This document shows, one piece after another, positions 8,631-18,108 of a DNA stretch of 64,000 bases (positions within the stretch are counted from its first letter, which is position 1; every line of letters begins with the position of its first letter). A program made the translations under genes and the position numbers. This DNA comes from an uncultured Actinomycetes bacterium (lineage in GTDB: Bacteria; Actinomycetota; Thermoleophilia; RBG-16-64-13), in NCBI GenBank assembly GCA_963841735.1, contig CAWJDT010000001.1, positions 224,001 to 288,000 of the forward strand, read 5' to 3'. Below the pieces are notes generated by a model. The model did not search any database, was not told where the DNA came from, and saw nothing but the letters and a program-made list of their open reading frames with translations.

Positions 8631-11252
8631 TCACGCCAACATCCTCTCCCAAGCGAGCCCCGAAGCCTTGTCGTAGGGCCGGGCGAAGACATCGGGGTAC
8701 TGCTTGCTTAGCTCTTCCAGGTCCACGGGGGCGATATCCACCAAGAAACCTCCCGACACCATGCCGGTGGCATTCTTGGAGATGGTGTTGCGGGGAGTGA
8801 GCGTGTTGATGGCACCACCGCGCTCGAGTTCGCCCACCACTATCGGGTCGTACCGAGAACCGTGGTCCACTGAGACCACCCCGGGCATGATGCGCTCTGT
8901 CACGTAAGCCCCCACCAACACCGCGCCGCGCTCGTTGAAGACTCTGAGGATATCGCGGTGCTTGATGCCGCGGGCCGCCGCGTCATCTGGATGGATCCAC
9001 GCGGTCTGATACGCATATCCATCGGGGCCCACGATCTTGTTGGTCTCGATCTCGCGCAGCCACTTCATGTCGTCGTGCTGCGAGTGCACCTTCCACCGCG
9101 GGTGATGCGAGACACACAAGAGCGGGTACAGCTTGGCGCGGTCGCCGCTCAGCCGTTCGTCATGGCTGGGACCGCGCTCTATCCAGTGCGGCACAGGCGG
9201 CCGCTCAGTGTCATCGGGGAAGTTGTCGGCCAAGCGCTGGGAGAAGAACTCCAACTTGCCGGTGGGCGTCGTGAGCGGATGGTTCTCGGGGTCTTCGGCA
9301 AAGCCGCGCAGGCCGATCTCGTTGTTCTGCCAATCGGGGTCGGTCGGGATGACATAGTGACCGGCCTCCTTGAACTCGTCCCAGGTGATCAGGTCGCCTA
9401 TGCCCGAGGTGTCGAAGCCCACCCTGATCCACTCGTCCACCGTCTTGCCCTCGGTGAGCTGTTCCAACATGCCCAGCTTCTCGGCGACGGCGCAAACCGT
9501 CTCGTAGTCACTCTTGCTCTCGCCCAGCGGCTCGATGCACTTCTCATCCAAGAACAGCGTGCCGAACTCGGCGGTGTAGTTGTCTATGCCGATGTCCTCG
9601 TTCTCGAACTTGGTGGTGCCCGGCAGGATGATGTCGGCGAAGTGGCAGTCGTTCTCCAACCAGGGATGTTGGGCCACGATGAACTCTATCTTGGGGCTCT
9701 GGAAGGCCTGGCCCATGTAGTTGGTGTCGTTCCAGCAGGTCATCAGCGAGGGCGAGTCGGTCCAGATCATACGCAGCTCGGAGCAACCTTCCACCGGATA
9801 CTGGTACTTGACGAACTGGTCCTCGGTAAGCGCCCGGCTCTGCGTGGTGCCGTACCAGGTGAGAGGCTTCTCGTGGGTCGCTTCGTTGATGGCACGGTGC
9901 ACCAGGTCCTTGGGTATGAACTGCTTCGGCAGCCCGCCCACCTTGGGAGCGCCCCGCTCGGCCGCGCCCAGATCCGGATACACCAGGTGGCGCGGCACCG
10001 GAACCGACCCGCCGAAGGCGAACTTCGGCGGGTCGCCCACCCGCTTGCCCATGAGTCCCCACTCGATGGTGGTGAGCATGTGACGTCCGGGCTTGCCCAG
10101 GCCCTGCATGCCCAGCAGGCAGACCTCGGTGCGCATGTTCTCGGTAGCGTAAGGTGCGCGCGCCATATTGCCCCCGTTGGCGTGCACGGTGCAGGTGGGA
10201 CCGCCGGCCCAGACCCTAGCCAGCGCTTTGATGATGCGAGACGGCACCCCGGTCTTACCTTCGGCCCATTTGGGGGTCTTGGGCTCGCCGTCTTCCTCGC
10301 CCAGAACATAGGCCGCGAACTTGTCGAAGCCCACCACGTGCGTCTCTACGTACTCCTTGTCGTAAGTGCCTTCGGTGATCCACTGGTGGGCGATGGCGAG
10401 GTTCAGGGCCGCGTCGGTGTTGGGGAGTATGGGTATCCACTTGTCGGCATGCACTGCCGTGCCGTAGTTCACGTCGGGGCATACGTATATCTGCTTGATG
10501 CCCAACTCGGTGAACCAGTAGCAGAGCTGACTCACTGTCTGTCCGCCCCAGCCCCAGGTGGTGGTCTCGGGGTCGCAGCCCTGGAAGATGAGCGTCTGGG
10601 AGTGCTCCGCTATGTCGGGGATGATGTTCGATTGATAGGCGGCCTTGCCCACCGGCTCGTTGCCCCAGACGTGCTTGGCGCCCCAATACCAGCCCTCCCA
10701 GCTGTCGGGGTTGCGAGTCTGTATGGTGGCCTCGCCCATGAGCGACAGCAGCCTGCGATTGCAGCCGTGCGCGGCATGGATGACCTTGCCCTCGCCGTGG
10801 CCATCGTGCTGGCAGAAGATGCTGGAGAAGCCATACTCCTTGTCCACTCGCCGTATCTCGGCCGCGATGAGGTCGGTGGCCTCGTCCCAGGTGACGCGCA
10901 CGTACTTGCTCTTGCCTCGGTTCTGCGCGTTACGTCCGCCGGGACCGGTGGAGCCGGGCGCGCCGCTCGGATCCCAATCCACGCGCTTGAGGGGATACAA
11001 CACCCGGTTGGGTGAGTCGATGCGGTTCTTGTAGGCCAGGGTGAACGGCGGGATGAGGCACTTCATGCTGGCCTCGAACACCTTGCCCCGGGCCTCCATA
11101 CGCCAGGGCTTGCGGTCGTACTTCCAGTCGAAGTGGAACGGCCTTATGCGGATGATCTTGCCGTCCTTGACGTCCACCTGCACGGTGTTGCCGTCCTGGG
11201 CGACCCCGTTGAAGCTGAGGCCCTTGACTACCGTCTTCTCGTTGTCACTCAT
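8631..11252 (-). CDS. bis-MGD molybdoenzyme large subunit, pyrogallol transhydroxylase (AthL)-like, paralogue of 5069..7744
   Basis: VDVKDGKIIRIRP..WRMEARGK, RNPDSWEGWYWG, ADKWIPILPNTDAAL, TPTGKLEF, HHPRWKVHSQ. Confidence 0.9.
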   Translation of the reverse strand: MSDNEKTVVKGLSFNGVAQDGNTVQVDVKDGKIIRIRPFHFDWKYDRKPWRMEARGKVFEASMKCLIPPFTLAYKNRIDSPNRVLYPLKRVDWDPSGAPGSTGPGGRNAQNRGKSKYVRVTWDEATDLIAAEIRRVDKEYGFSSIFCQHDGHGEGKVIHAAHGCNRRLLSLMGEATIQTRNPDSWEGWYWGAKHVWGNEPVGKAAYQSNIIPDIAEHSQTLIFQGCDPETTTWGWGGQTVSQLCYWFTELGIKQIYVCPDVNYGTAVHADKWIPILPNTDAALNLAIAHQWITEGTYDKEYVETHVVGFDKFAAYVLGEEDGEPKTPKWAEGKTGVPSRIIKALARVWAGGPTCTVHANGGNMARAPYATENMRTEVCLLGMQGLGKPGRHMLTTIEWGLMGKRVGDPPKFAFGGSVPVPRHLVYPDLGAAERGAPKVGGLPKQFIPKDLVHRAINEATHEKPLTWYGTTQSRALTEDQFVKYQYPVEGCSELRMIWTDSPSLMTCWNDTNYMGQAFQSPKIEFIVAQHPWLENDCHFADIILPGTTKFENEDIGIDNYTAEFGTLFLDEKCIEPLGESKSDYETVCAVAEKLGMLEQLTEGKTVDEWIRVGFDTSGIGDLITWDEFKEAGHYVIPTDPDWQNNEIGLRGFAEDPENHPLTTPTGKLEFFSQRLADNFPDDTERPPVPHWIERGPSHDERLSGDRAKLYPLLCVSHHPRWKVHSQHDDMKWLREIETNKIVGPDGYAYQTAWIHPDDAAARGIKHRDILRVFNERGAVLVGAYVTERIMPGVVSVDHGSRYDPIVVGELERGGAINTLTPRNTISKNATGMVSGGFLVDIAPVDLEELSKQYPDVFARPYDKASGLAWERMLA

Positions 11253-11432
11253 ACATCAATCGGCCTTTCTCAGTTTCGCGATGCCGGCGTGATCGATCTC
11301 GAATGTCCCCGGGTCGACGACAATTTTGCGCTGGATGTAGTGCCACATCGTAGCTACCGCGATCTGGTCTATCATTCCAGCCATCGACTTCTTTCCCGAG
11401 CTTGCGGATTATCTTGAACGAGTCTAGACTAG

Positions 11433-11448
11433 TAACTTCGGAAAGTAA
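11433..11448. promoter_or_regulatory. candidate MarR operator
   Basis: Imperfect palindrome TAACTT-CGGA-AAGTAA just upstream of marR in the divergent intergenic region. Confidence 0.35.
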
Positions 11449-11467
11449 ATACCCATGGAGTTGACCA

Positions 11468-11935
11468 GTGGCAGGCAACCCGAAGCCCGCGGGCTTGATA
11501 AAGACCCTCGACGCCTCGATCAACGCATTCAACCAGGATGGCCGGCTCGGACGCGAGAGGGCGACTAGACGCGCGAGTCGCGTCACTGGCCTAGACTGGA
11601 CCTACTCAGCCCTTCTGATGGTCGAAGGAATGAAAGAATACGGGGCGCTTCGCATGACCGAGTTGGCAGAGCTGGTGGGTACCGCGCCGCCGACAGTCAC
11701 CAAGCTGATCAAGGACCTCGAGGGGAAAGGACTCGTCAACAAGACACCCGACGAGCAGGACGGACGGGTGAGTATCGTGAGTCTCACCGAGGAGGGCCAG
11801 CGGGTGGCGGAGGCGATAGGCAGCGCACGATTGGAGGCACTGCGGCAGGTCATGGATGGTTGGGACAAGGACGATCTGCAGCAGTTCACGGTCTTGTTTG
11901 AAAGACTTCGGGCAGACATGAGCCGGCTCTCCTAG
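11468..11935 (+). CDS. MarR-family transcriptional regulator
   Basis: LRMTELAELVGTAPPTVTKLIKDLEGKGLV...DEQDGRVSIVSLTEEG winged HTH. Confidence 0.93.
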   Translation: MAGNPKPAGLIKTLDASINAFNQDGRLGRERATRRASRVTGLDWTYSALLMVEGMKEYGALRMTELAELVGTAPPTVTKLIKDLEGKGLVNKTPDEQDGRVSIVSLTEEGQRVAEAIGSARLEALRQVMDGWDKDDLQQFTVLFERLRADMSRLS

Positions 11936-11969
11936 GATCCCCCACCTTCGTGGGAGAGAAGAAGAACAA

Positions 11970-13346
11970 GTGGAGTTGAGGATCCCTCTAGCCATCATTG
12001 GAAACGGCGCAGCCGCCGCTGAGGCGGTGTTGGCACTACGGGCCAGTGGCTACGACGGTGACATCCACCTGTTTTGTGACAACCGCCGGGCTCCCTACAA
12101 CCCGATGCTGGGCACCTACATCGTCTCGGGGGCGATACCGGTGGAGCGGGCCTTCCCCTTTGGAGACGAGCGCGGGTTCTATGGAGCCAATCGGGTCGCC
12201 GCCCACCTGGGTGAGACCGTGATCACTCTTGACGCCGCCGAGCAGGTCCTTGTCACCTCTGACGGCGGCTCGTACCGCTACGACCGTTGTCTTGTGGCCA
12301 GCGGGGCGCGGCCGTCGCTGCCTCCCGTGCAAGGATTGCGGGAGGCGCTTGGCGGCGGGCGCCTAGACGCACCGCGCACTGAGGAGCGCACAGGACGGCG
12401 CGTCTTCACCTTGCGGACTCTTGATGACGCGCTGGCTTTGAAGAGCGCGGTCGATGAGCTGCACACTCGTCCGGGCGAGCCTGCGCGCGCGGCGGTGATA
12501 GGCGCCTCGTTTGTGGGCGTGAAGATCGCGGCTACGCTGCGCGACCTGGGCCTACGCGTCTGCCTCATCGAGCGGGAGCCCACCATCCTCCCGTTGGGCG
12601 CCCACCCGGAGTGCGCCCGTCTGATGCAGACCCACTTACTCGAGGAGGGGTACGAGCTGCGTTTGGGAGCGGCACTTGCCGCCATCGACACTGGGGGTGG
12701 CACCGGCGGCGGGACCAGCACCGGGGCGATCCGCGCACCTGTGCGCCTGTACTTCGGCGCCGGCGACCGGGGCGCCGGCCCAAGCGGTGCCGACGAGACC
12801 GCCTGTGACGACGGCACTCCCCACGAGGACGTCGATCTGGTGGTGGTCTGCTCCGGTACCCGGCCGTCTCTGGGCTTCTTGACCCCCGGCCAGGTCGCCA
12901 CCCGCGAAGGCATCCTGGTGGACGAGCAGCTCCGTTCGAACGTCCCCACTCTCTACGCCGCCGGCGACGTCGCCCAGGGCAAGAACTTGATGTCTGGGCG
13001 TCACGAGATCATCGGTCTGTGGGCCAGCGCCCGCTACCAAGGCCGCGCCGCGGGACGCAGTCTCGCCGGCGTGGCCTCCGAGTACCCTGGAGGCGTACCC
13101 TACAACATTAGCCACGTGGGCCGCCTGCTCTTTGCCGGCATCGGTTGCATGAAGGAATACGACCGCATGACCATCTGCCGGGACGGAGACGCGGTGCAGG
13201 TGCGAGTTTGGCAAGAAGGACGTTTGAGCGGCGTGAATCTATTGAACTGCTGCCTTTCCGCGGGCACTATGAGACAAGCCTTGCTGAGAGCGGCTACCGG
13301 CGCGGCGACCGAGATGGAGGTTACGTGGACAAGCTTCAGCGGATGA
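11970..13346 (+). CDS. FAD/NAD(P)H-dependent pyridine nucleotide-disulfide family oxidoreductase (ferredoxin/rubredoxin reductase-like)
   Basis: IIGNGAAA, YDRCLVASGARP, VIGASFVG, GILVDEQLRSNVPTLYAAGDVA. Confidence 0.88.
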   Translation: MELRIPLAIIGNGAAAAEAVLALRASGYDGDIHLFCDNRRAPYNPMLGTYIVSGAIPVERAFPFGDERGFYGANRVAAHLGETVITLDAAEQVLVTSDGGSYRYDRCLVASGARPSLPPVQGLREALGGGRLDAPRTEERTGRRVFTLRTLDDALALKSAVDELHTRPGEPARAAVIGASFVGVKIAATLRDLGLRVCLIEREPTILPLGAHPECARLMQTHLLEEGYELRLGAALAAIDTGGGTGGGTSTGAIRAPVRLYFGAGDRGAGPSGADETACDDGTPHEDVDLVVVCSGTRPSLGFLTPGQVATREGILVDEQLRSNVPTLYAAGDVAQGKNLMSGRHEIIGLWASARYQGRAAGRSLAGVASEYPGGVPYNISHVGRLLFAGIGCMKEYDRMTICRDGDAVQVRVWQEGRLSGVNLLNCCLSAGTMRQALLRAATGAATEMEVTWTSFSG

Positions 13347-15586
13347 TCAAGGGCAAGATCCCCAGCGAAACCACGGGCATCGAGGTGCGCAAGTCCATCT
13401 GTACCATCTGCGACCCCAATACCCAGTGCGGCCTCGACTGCTACGTCAAGGACGGCCGCATCATCAAAGTGGAGGGTTCGCTGGAGAACCCGCATAGTGC
13501 GGGCACGCTCTGCTCGAAAGGGGCGGCTCAGCGCCAGTGGGTCTATCACGAAGAACGGCTGCGCACACCGCTGAAGCGCGTCGGACCGCGGGGCTCGGGA
13601 GAGATGGTGCCCATCTCCTGGACCGAAGCACTGGACACCGTCACCGAGAGCCTGCAGCGACTCAAGGCCGAGAGCGGACCAGAGTCTGTGGTCTTCTACT
13701 GCGGATACCCGAAGCAGCCCAGGCCATTCCTGCAACGGCTCGCCCTTCAGTTCGGGTCGCCCAACTACTGCACTGAGTCGAGCACCTGCTTCTCCTCTTT
13801 GGTGATGGCCTGGCGCCTCGACTACGGACAGATGGGCGGGCCCGACCTGGCCAACGCCAAGTGCGCGCTGGTGTGGACGGGTAACCCCTTGCACAGCAAC
13901 ACCACCATGGGCCGCAGGCTGATGGACGCCCGCGACCGCGGCGTGAAGTTCATCTTGATCGACCCGCGGCTCTCGCCCATGGCCGGCATCGCCGACCTGC
14001 ACCTACGCCTGCGGCCGGGCACCGACGGAGCGCTGGCCCTCGCCATGGCCCACGTCATCATCTCCGAGGGACTCTACGATACGCAGTTCGTCGGCGAATG
14101 GACCCGCGGCTTCGACGAGTTCCGTGCCTACGCGGCCCAGTTCACTCTCGACCGGGCGGAGCGCATCACCGGCGTTCCCGCAGGTCTGATACACGACGCC
14201 GCGCTCCTCTACGCAACCAGCAAGCCGGCTGCCATGCTCGGAAGCGCCGCCGCGGTGGTGCACAACACCAACGGACTGCAGAACCAGCGGGCAATCGCCG
14301 CCCTGGTCGGGCTCACCGGCAACTTCGACGTGCCGGGCGGCAACGTCGTGCAGCCCCCCGCCTGGCTGGAGGGCAGCCCCGCCGGCTTCGTCACCCGTCA
14401 GCACGAGTTCGAGATGCCCCGTCAATGGAGCGAGCTGCCCCCTCGCATTGGCGCCGCACTCTTCCCGGTGTGGGCGGAGATGAAGAACGAGGGGCAAGCA
14501 ATGGATCTCCCCCGGCAGCTTCAGACCGGCGAGCCTTATGCCCTCCGGGGAATGGTGGCCTTTGGCCTGAACCACCGCATGTGGCCGAATCCGAAGGGCC
14601 TGCTGAGCGCCCTGGACAAGCTGGACTTCATTTGCGACGTCGACCTCTTCCTGACCGACACTGCCAAGTACGCCGACATCGTCCTGCCGGCCTGCGGCTC
14701 GGTCGAGCGGAGTGAGATGCGCGCCTACCCGGAGCAGTACGTCATCCTCACTCAGCCGGTCATCGACCCGGTGGGCGAGTCGCGCTCCGACACCGACATC
14801 ATCTTCGGGCTCGCTTCCAAGCTGGGGCTGGACGATGTGCTCCTCAACCCGGCCGGGTCGGCGGGCGGAGCCGGCGGCACGCAGGCCCCCGGCCGCGGCT
14901 TCCTCCCCAACGGCGCCCCGGACTTCAGCCGCGCGTTCGAGGACGTGCTCGACTGGGTGTTAGAGCCCAGCGGCATGAAGGTAGCGGAGCTCAAGAAGCA
15001 TCCAGCGGGTATGCCGGTGCCGCACCCCCTGCCGCCAGCGTTCAAGAAGTATGAGAAGAAAGGGTTCCCCACTCCCAGCGGCAAGATGGAGTTCACCTCG
15101 TCGCTTCTGGAGAAGTACTCGGATCGCCCAGGTATCGCCGCGCTCCCCGTGTACGAAGAGCCTACCCTCAGCCCGGTGTCGACCCCCGAGATAGCCAAGG
15201 AGTACCCGCTCGTTCTGGGCACCGGCACGCGCCTGCCCATGTTCATCCACTCGCGTACGTTCCGGCTCCCCTGGACCCGCAGCCTGCGCCGCGAGGCCGC
15301 AGCCGACATCAACCCGGTGGATGCCCGCCGCCTGAGCATCGTCCAGGGCGACCGCATCGAGCTCTCGACGCCGGCCGGCTCCATCGAGGTGCTCGCAAAC
15401 GTGACCGAACTCGCCCATCCGGGGACGGTGCACATGTTCCACGACTACCCCGAGGCCGACGCGAACACCTTGCTCTCAAGCGACTACCTCGACCCCATCT
15501 CAGGCTTTCCCGGGTACAACGCTTCGCTCTGCGCGATCAAGAAGGTGGCGCCTCGCGCCGCCGAACACGGTGAGGTGACGCCATGA
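13325..15586 (+). CDS. bis-MGD molybdo/tungstoenzyme catalytic subunit with N-terminal [4Fe-4S], Cys-ligand type, acetylene-hydratase-like
   Basis: CTICDPNTQC...LCSKG, RLRTPLKR, ESSTC (putative Cys ligand), RPGTDGALALA, TPSGKMEF. Start GTG 13325 after GGAGG, alternative ATG 13343. No Tat signal. Confidence 0.88.
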   Translation: MDKLQRMIKGKIPSETTGIEVRKSICTICDPNTQCGLDCYVKDGRIIKVEGSLENPHSAGTLCSKGAAQRQWVYHEERLRTPLKRVGPRGSGEMVPISWTEALDTVTESLQRLKAESGPESVVFYCGYPKQPRPFLQRLALQFGSPNYCTESSTCFSSLVMAWRLDYGQMGGPDLANAKCALVWTGNPLHSNTTMGRRLMDARDRGVKFILIDPRLSPMAGIADLHLRLRPGTDGALALAMAHVIISEGLYDTQFVGEWTRGFDEFRAYAAQFTLDRAERITGVPAGLIHDAALLYATSKPAAMLGSAAAVVHNTNGLQNQRAIAALVGLTGNFDVPGGNVVQPPAWLEGSPAGFVTRQHEFEMPRQWSELPPRIGAALFPVWAEMKNEGQAMDLPRQLQTGEPYALRGMVAFGLNHRMWPNPKGLLSALDKLDFICDVDLFLTDTAKYADIVLPACGSVERSEMRAYPEQYVILTQPVIDPVGESRSDTDIIFGLASKLGLDDVLLNPAGSAGGAGGTQAPGRGFLPNGAPDFSRAFEDVLDWVLEPSGMKVAELKKHPAGMPVPHPLPPAFKKYEKKGFPTPSGKMEFTSSLLEKYSDRPGIAALPVYEEPTLSPVSTPEIAKEYPLVLGTGTRLPMFIHSRTFRLPWTRSLRREAAADINPVDARRLSIVQGDRIELSTPAGSIEVLANVTELAHPGTVHMFHDYPEADANTLLSSDYLDPISGFPGYNASLCAIKKVAPRAAEHGEVTP

Positions 15587-16086
15587 CCCACGCTTTCTAC
15601 CTGGATGTCGACCGCTGCACCGGTTGTTTCGCCTGCGCCGTGGCCTGCATGGACCAGAACGACTTGGAGGTCGGGCCCGAGCCCACTGCCTGGCGACAGG
15701 TCTTCAAGGTGGAGACCGGCACCGACTCCGAGGCGCGACTTCGGTACATCTCCCTGGCCTGCATGCACTGCGAAGACGCACCTTGCCTCATGGCCTGCCC
15801 CAGCGGCGCGATCGCACGTGAGCCGGGCACGCGAGTGGTCAAGGTCAGCGCCGAGCTGTGCATCGGTTGCCACAGCTGCTCCATCGCCTGCCCCTTCGGG
15901 GTACCCCGCTTCGGCAAGGACGGCACCATGCAGAAGTGCGACCTCTGCAGCGTCAGGTTGGAGAACGGTCTCGAACCAGCGTGCGTGCGGGTCTGCCCCA
16001 CCAAGGCGCTACGCCAGGGCGACCCGAACGCTCTGAGCATGGATGTGGAGAAGAAAGCCGCGGCGCGCCTGGCTACAAGCTCCTGA
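15583..16086 (+). CDS. 4Fe-4S dicluster electron-transfer subunit (DmsB/NrfC-like)
   Basis: Four Cys groups: CTGCFACAVAC, CMHCEDAPCLMACP, CIGCHSCSIACP, CDLC..CVRVCP. ATGA overlap with the upstream gene. Confidence 0.92.
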   Translation: MTHAFYLDVDRCTGCFACAVACMDQNDLEVGPEPTAWRQVFKVETGTDSEARLRYISLACMHCEDAPCLMACPSGAIAREPGTRVVKVSAELCIGCHSCSIACPFGVPRFGKDGTMQKCDLCSVRLENGLEPACVRVCPTKALRQGDPNALSMDVEKKAAARLATSS

Positions 16087-16093
16087 GGGGAGA

Positions 16094-16126
16094 GGACCCG
16101 GGCGCGCCTCGCGGGCGGCCGGGTCC
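16094..16126. terminator. GC-rich hairpin between convergent operons
   Basis: GGACCCGG...CCGGGTCC inverted repeat, no U-tract. Confidence 0.35.
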
Positions 16127-16142
16127 CGGCGGAAGAGGTCTC

Positions 16143-16586
16143 TCAGTCCCTGGAAACCACTCCCACCACCTCGATCTCGATCAAGTACTCGGGCTTCCCC
16201 AGTTGGACGATCATGACCGTGCTCGCCGGCGGGTCATCTACCAACAGGGACGCGTGCTTCTGGTAATACTCGAGCTCGGTCTTACGCATCTTCGGATAAT
16301 CCTCGCGCCTCTTGAGAAGAATCAAGGTCTTGATCACATTGTTCATGGAGCTACCTGCCTGCTCCATGCACCCGCGCACCTTGTCGAGAGCGACGAGCAT
16401 CTGCTCCTCGAACACTCCGGTCTCCACCTGCATGGTCTCGTCGTTCTGCCCCTGGCATCCTGAGACAAATACCAGGTTGCCGGCCACCACGGAGGCGGAG
16501 AACTTCCCGGCCTCGGGCGGGAAGTTGGGGTGCGCCAGCTTCTTGCCCCCCCAGTAGGCCGGCTGGAACTTGACGGTCTCACTCAT
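16143..16586 (-). CDS. Rid (YjgF/YER057c/UK114) family protein
   Basis: FSASVVAGNLVFVSG, AGSSMNNVIK, PPAST...LIEIEVVG. RBS GGAGG before ATG 16586. Confidence 0.9.
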   Translation of the reverse strand: MSETVKFQPAYWGGKKLAHPNFPPEAGKFSASVVAGNLVFVSGCQGQNDETMQVETGVFEEQMLVALDKVRGCMEQAGSSMNNVIKTLILLKRREDYPKMRKTELEYYQKHASLLVDDPPASTVMIVQLGKPEYLIEIEVVGVVSRD

Positions 16587-16615
16587 CGGATCCTCCTTGC
16601 GCAGCCCACCAGAGC

Positions 16616-18046
16616 TCATTTCCCTTCGCCGGACGATCTCGAGAAACCGGTGACATCCCCGACCCAGGCGATGAATCCCTCCGCATCCTGGTCGATGCAA
16701 TGCGCCGCATCCCAGAAGAACCAGGTATCCACTTGCTTGCCCCGGTTCTCCAGACCGGCAGACAGGTTGGCGACGGCCGTCTGCGATATGCCGCTCTCGC
16801 CCGTGCCACGCCGAAGCCACCAGTGACCGGCACAGCCGGGGTTGTTCTGTAGGATGAAGTACAGAGGATTCATCAGGTTCACCAAAATCTCGACGCCGGC
16901 GTCGAGATCGGCGCTCTCGATACCGGTGGTCTTCCGGAGACTGAAGTCGGTGAAATGCCTGGCCTCGGTGGTCTTGTCGCCGAAGAGAGAGGGCTCGGCT
17001 ACTTCCAGATCGAAGTCGTCGAAGGCAGGGATGCCTTTAAACCTGCCCGCGTGCGCGACATAGTCCGCAAAGGAGAAGACGGCGCGCCCGCCGTCCCACT
17101 GGATCCACCTGTTGTGTGCCAGATACTCGTTCCGTTCGCCATCCGCCAAAGCGTCGAGGTACTTTGTCGCCGAAGGGAGCAGGTAGTAACGCATGAGGTA
17201 CTCGGCGTAGTTCTCCGCGGTGAGGAGCCCGAACCCGTCTCTTCCTTGAAGGCCCAGAGTCGCCTGATACTCCGCGAACAAGGCTTTGAGCTCTCCTGAC
17301 AGCTCCTGGTCCACCTGCTTGCCGGTCTGGTTGCGAGGCACCTGGCCGTGCATCCACTCGTAGGCCATATCGGCGTGATCCAGGTCTGTGATGGGGGAGT
17401 AGCAGCCGGCCGCGTAGATGCTGTCGTCGGCGTCGGCAGCGCCGATCTCCTCTAGATACGGGTCATACAAGGGGCTGTTCCCGGAGGCACCCAGGAGTGC
17501 GGACAGCCCGCCGCCTGCGCTACAACCGGTCGAGACGATCCGCTCGACGTTCCCCGGCAAAACGCCCTGGTTATGACGAATATAGCGGACGGCCGCCTTC
17601 AGATCCACGATAGCTGCGGGGGCTTTGCCGTAGTAGGTGCCGTCGGGAGCCTGGTTGTCCCGACCGCGGGCGCCAGGCGACACCACCACATACCCCGCGG
17701 CCAGCGCCAGCTCCGCGTGGCGGCTGCCCACGGTGCCCTCACCGTTAGGCCCGCGCAGTTCTCCCCGCAGGTTGTTGGCCGACATATACCCGCCGATCGC
17801 ATTGGCGAGAAGAATAGGCGCGCTGGTAGCATCCACGGCAACGCCATCGACCTCAAGGGGCACGCTGACGTTCAGGCTCTGATACTCCTTGTCCACCGAA
17901 TAGGCTACGTAGCAGAGATGCGCGTACGAGCGGTAGGTGACTTCCTTCTCGCCCATGGAGGTCGCCACCTTCATCGTCACTACGGCGAAGTCGTCCACGG
18001 GGAACAGCAAAGTATCGCTGGATCGCTCTGTTGCTTTGCCTTGCAC
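16616..18046 (-). CDS. subtype-B tannase-like alpha/beta hydrolase
   Basis: SPGARGR, GKAPAAIVDLKAAVRY, GCSAGG nucleophile, PITDLDHADMAYEW, R.K..PAFD, LFGD....HFT, MNPL, W...H. These motifs match Lactobacillus TanB-type tannases. Confidence 0.85.
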   Translation of the reverse strand: MQGKATERSSDTLLFPVDDFAVVTMKVATSMGEKEVTYRSYAHLCYVAYSVDKEYQSLNVSVPLEVDGVAVDATSAPILLANAIGGYMSANNLRGELRGPNGEGTVGSRHAELALAAGYVVVSPGARGRDNQAPDGTYYGKAPAAIVDLKAAVRYIRHNQGVLPGNVERIVSTGCSAGGGLSALLGASGNSPLYDPYLEEIGAADADDSIYAAGCYSPITDLDHADMAYEWMHGQVPRNQTGKQVDQELSGELKALFAEYQATLGLQGRDGFGLLTAENYAEYLMRYYLLPSATKYLDALADGERNEYLAHNRWIQWDGGRAVFSFADYVAHAGRFKGIPAFDDFDLEVAEPSLFGDKTTEARHFTDFSLRKTTGIESADLDAGVEILVNLMNPLYFILQNNPGCAGHWWLRRGTGESGISQTAVANLSAGLENRGKQVDTWFFWDAAHCIDQDAEGFIAWVGDVTGFSRSSGEGK

Positions 18047-18108
18047 CGCTGGGCCCCTCTCTCGCTAGTCTGCAACCGACGCAATGCGCCGTCGCGCTCG
18101 TATTCCCA

